Of a DNA stretch of 24,000 nt, positions 21,485 through 24,000 are shown in pieces. How positions within the stretch are numbered: the first letter of the stretch is position 1; each line of letters starts with the position of its first letter. Below the pieces are notes generated by a model that made no database searches, was not told where the DNA came from, and was given only the letters and a program-made list of their open reading frames with translations. Source of the DNA: Candidatus Saccharimonadota bacterium (GTDB lineage: Bacteria; Patescibacteriota; Saccharimonadia; Saccharimonadales; SLHW01). The stretch is from assembly GCA_007135955.1 (NCBI GenBank), contig SLHW01000003.1, positions 27,198 to 51,197 of the forward strand, in the 5' to 3' direction. The translations under genes and the position numbers were made by a program.

Positions 21485-22750
21485 ATGAAAGAAGACAAAA
21501 ACTTAGATATATTTCCTGAAAACTTTTTTTGGGGAGCGAGCACAGCAGGCCATCAGGTAGAAGGTGGCAACAAGAATCAGTGGTCTGCCTGGGAGTTGGC
21601 AAATGCCAAAGAGCTGGCACAAACCGCCCATCATCGTATCGGCTGGCTACATAATTGGCGTGAAATCAAAGATCAAGCTGAGGTGCCAGATAATTACATC
21701 TCAGGCCGGGGTGTCGAGCACTATACTAGGTATAAAGAGGATTTTGACTTATTAAAAGGCCTTAACTTAAACTCATTTCGTTTTGGTGTAGAATGGTCAC
21801 GACTTGAGCCAGAAGAGGGCAGGTGGGACAGCGCTGCATTCAACCACTATAAAAACTATATTAAAGAGCTGCGTAAACGGGGAATTGAGCCGTTTATGAA
21901 TTTGTGGCATTGGACACAACCACAGTGGTTTGTCGAGAAAGGCGGTTTTGAAAAAGCAGAAAATATAGCATTCTTTGATAGATTTGTGCAAAAAGTTGCC
22001 GACGAGCTGCTGGAGGATGTTACGTATGTGATAACCCTCAATGAACCGAATGTTTACGCATCCTTTAGCTATCTTACTGGTGAGTGGCCACCAGAAAAAA
22101 AGACCAGATTTACTTTCTTGAAAGTGTACTGGAGCTTAACTCGAGCACATCGACGAGCATATAAGATATTAAAAAGCGCTAAGCCGAGCCTGCAGATTGG
22201 GTTGGCCGCGCAGCTTGCGAATATCCAGGCTAAGCATCCGCACAGCTTACTTGACAGGTTTTCGACCAAATGGATGCGTTATTTTTGGAATTGGTGGTTC
22301 TTGAATCGTGTAAAACACTACCAGGACTTTGTTGGCATTAATTATTATTTTACTGATTACTACAAAGGAATGGTGCGCCGCGAAAATCCGAGCGTGCCAG
22401 TCAATGATCTTGGCTGGTACATGGAGCCGGAGGGTTTGTACCCGTTATTGCTGCGAGTTTGGTCTCACTACAAAAAGCCAATTATCGTTACCGAAAATGG
22501 TGTCGCGGATGCTGATGATCAGTATCGCCAATGGTGGATAGAGGAAACAATTGTTGCAATGGAGCGAGCTTTAAGTCAGGGCGTAGAAGTTCACGGTTAT
22601 CTGCACTGGAGTTTGCTCGATAATTTTGAGTGGAAATATGGTTGGTGGCCAAAGTTTGGACTCATTGAAGTCGATCGGAAAAATGGCATGAAGCGACGGG
22701 TGCGCCCAAGTGCTAAATGGTTTGCTGAGCGAATAAAAAATATATCCTAA
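21485..22750 (+). CDS. glycoside hydrolase family 1 beta-glucosidase
   Basis: FPENFFWGASTAGHQVEGG, the acid/base motif TLNEPN, the nucleophile motif VTENG, and the C-terminal HWSLLDNFEW. Confidence 0.92.
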   Translation: MKEDKNLDIFPENFFWGASTAGHQVEGGNKNQWSAWELANAKELAQTAHHRIGWLHNWREIKDQAEVPDNYISGRGVEHYTRYKEDFDLLKGLNLNSFRFGVEWSRLEPEEGRWDSAAFNHYKNYIKELRKRGIEPFMNLWHWTQPQWFVEKGGFEKAENIAFFDRFVQKVADELLEDVTYVITLNEPNVYASFSYLTGEWPPEKKTRFTFLKVYWSLTRAHRRAYKILKSAKPSLQIGLAAQLANIQAKHPHSLLDRFSTKWMRYFWNWWFLNRVKHYQDFVGINYYFTDYYKGMVRRENPSVPVNDLGWYMEPEGLYPLLLRVWSHYKKPIIVTENGVADADDQYRQWWIEETIVAMERALSQGVEVHGYLHWSLLDNFEWKYGWWPKFGLIEVDRKNGMKRRVRPSAKWFAERIKNIS

Positions 22751-22835
22751 GTAGTATATATTAACGTTATTTTCTAAAGTATTTATATTTTGCTTGCAAG
22801 CAATAGGGAGCTTATTGTTATTGTGCAATAGCGCT

Positions 22836-23828
22836 ATGGCGAAAAGCATATCTACAAAAAACATTGTGGTAATCGGTGGTGGCACCGGTAGCTTTAGCGT
22901 GCTCTCTGGCTTGAAAAAATATTTCAAGAACATTACTGCAACCGTAAACATGGTTGATGACGGCGGCTCAAGCGGAGTGCTCAGGGATGAGCTTGGCGTT
23001 TTGCCACCCGGTGATGTTCGTCAGTGTCTAGTAGCGCTGAGTGATGCTCCAGAAGATGTACGAAAATTGTTTAACTTTCGCTTTGCTGAAGGTTCTTTGG
23101 CGGGGCACTCTTTTGGAAACCTGCTCTTAAGCGCAACAGAGCGAATGAATGATGACTTTATTAGTGCGGTTGATATGGCGGCTAATATTCTACAGATTAG
23201 CGGCAAAGTTATACCGCTTACAATTGATGATTGTCGTTTATGCCTAGAAGTAGAAGGTCAAGTTACTTGCGGAGAGTCAGCTGTCGATGATGTGATTATT
23301 CCAAAAGGTGCAAATCCTAGTTTATGGATTGAGCCACCAGCTCGGATAACCAGGCAGGCTAAAAATGCCTTAATTGAAGCTAATGCAATAATAATTGCTC
23401 CAGGTAACTTGTATCAATCATTGATACCGTCACTGTTAGTTGATAGTGTAGCGGACGTCATCGCGCAGAGTAAGGCTCAGATTATATATGTAGCGAATTT
23501 GGTAAATAAGCCAAATCACACCAAGGACTTCTCAGTGCTTGATTATGCGAGTGAGCTAGAGCGGTTTATGGGTGGTCGGACTATCGACACTATCTTATAT
23601 AACACGACTGAACCTACCCGCGATTTGATGAAACAATACGCATTGGATGAGGAATATCCAGTGATAGTTGATGAGCCAGAACTCATAGACTCTAAGCATA
23701 GTGTAGTCGGTGGAGACTTTCTGCAAACCAGCGATATTGCTACCCAGGCAAACGATACTCGAGTTAAGCGATCCTATATCCGACACGATGGTGATGCGAT
23801 AGCTACAACACTGGCAGAAATTATCTAG
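22836..23828 (+). CDS. yvcK: YvcK / CofD-like (UPF0052) protein
   Basis: IVVIGGGTGSFSVLSGLKKY...ITATVNMVDDGGSSGVLRDELGVLPPGDVRQCLVAL is the family signature. ATG 22836 (MAKSIS...) is preferred over the TTG start at 22794 in the ORF track. Confidence 0.85.
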   Translation: MAKSISTKNIVVIGGGTGSFSVLSGLKKYFKNITATVNMVDDGGSSGVLRDELGVLPPGDVRQCLVALSDAPEDVRKLFNFRFAEGSLAGHSFGNLLLSATERMNDDFISAVDMAANILQISGKVIPLTIDDCRLCLEVEGQVTCGESAVDDVIIPKGANPSLWIEPPARITRQAKNALIEANAIIIAPGNLYQSLIPSLLVDSVADVIAQSKAQIIYVANLVNKPNHTKDFSVLDYASELERFMGGRTIDTILYNTTEPTRDLMKQYALDEEYPVIVDEPELIDSKHSVVGGDFLQTSDIATQANDTRVKRSYIRHDGDAIATTLAEII

Positions 23829-23848
23829 TACACACGCAGAACTTTAAA

Positions 23849-23877
23849 TTGACTATCTAAGAAGTTTATGTTAATAT
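23849..23877 (+). promoter_or_regulatory. sigma-70 promoter 9 nt from ATG 23887 (leaderless-type)
   Basis: TTGACT (23849-23854), 17 nt, TAATAT (23872-23877). Confidence 0.5.
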
Positions 23878-23886
23878 ATTTGAATG

Positions 23887-24000
23887 AATGAACGACCTGA
23901 ACAGAAGCGATCAAGATACGGAATCCGAAGAACTGTTGCGGGAACAATGGCTGCAGTGGCACTATTTGGTGTATATAAAGCCGGTGAATCATCTATCAGC
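23887..24000 (+). CDS. 5' fragment of an unknown protein (continues beyond the window)
   Basis: ATG 23887 opens a frame that stays open to the window edge: MNDLNRSDQDTESEELLRGTMAAVALFGVYKAGESSIS, an acidic start then a hydrophobic stretch. The neighbouring ATG 23883 frame stops after 33 codons. Confidence 0.35.

Noticed and set aside
1-24000. CRISPR arrays, tRNA/rRNA genes, IS elements, integrases or prophage genes
   Set aside because: Intergenic regions are all 330 bp or shorter. None shows regularly spaced repeats, a tRNA cloverleaf with a GTTCGAATC-type T-arm, or transposase/integrase-like ORFs. A proper tRNAscan or Infernal run would be needed to be certain.

Overview
Dense chromosomal window with about 27 protein genes. 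I found no rRNA, tRNA, CRISPR array or transposase by eye. The source looks like a small-genome bacterium. Minimal housekeeping genes, many short orphan proteins and a heliorhodopsin make Patescibacteria/CPR (Saccharibacteria-like) my best guess; this is inference only.

Recognisable genes: an S41 peptidase tail, pyrG, a CheY-like receiver, rpmA, a UPF0020-type RNA methyltransferase, a UPF0104 membrane protein, xseA, xseB, a FAM173-like membrane methyltransferase, recO, glyQS, a HAD phosphatase, a Pif1/RecD-like helicase, a NYN-domain protein, a GH1 beta-glucosidase and a YvcK/CofD-like protein.

Points worth a second look:
1. An apparently intact heliorhodopsin (16621-17394) lies behind a CYTH gene broken by one in-frame TAA and an AbrB/MazE-type DNA-binding gene.
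2. A 170-nt multi-helix leader has a closing helix that buries the rpmA Shine-Dalgarno.
3. A promoter, a 34-codon basic ORF and an embedded intrinsic terminator sit directly against the start of an orphan 295-aa gene. This looks like an attenuator.
4. At least a dozen transcription units have an (often extended, TGn) -10 box only 5-9 nt from the start codon and no SD, implying widespread leaderless mRNAs.
5. An orphan three-gene block (2390-4778) is driven by two near-consensus promoters, and two of its products are possible paralogues.
6. A sensor-less histidine-kinase-like protein with degenerate ATP-binding motifs is paired with a receiver whose phospho-acceptor Asp is Glu.

All homology statements come from motif recognition by eye, not database searches.
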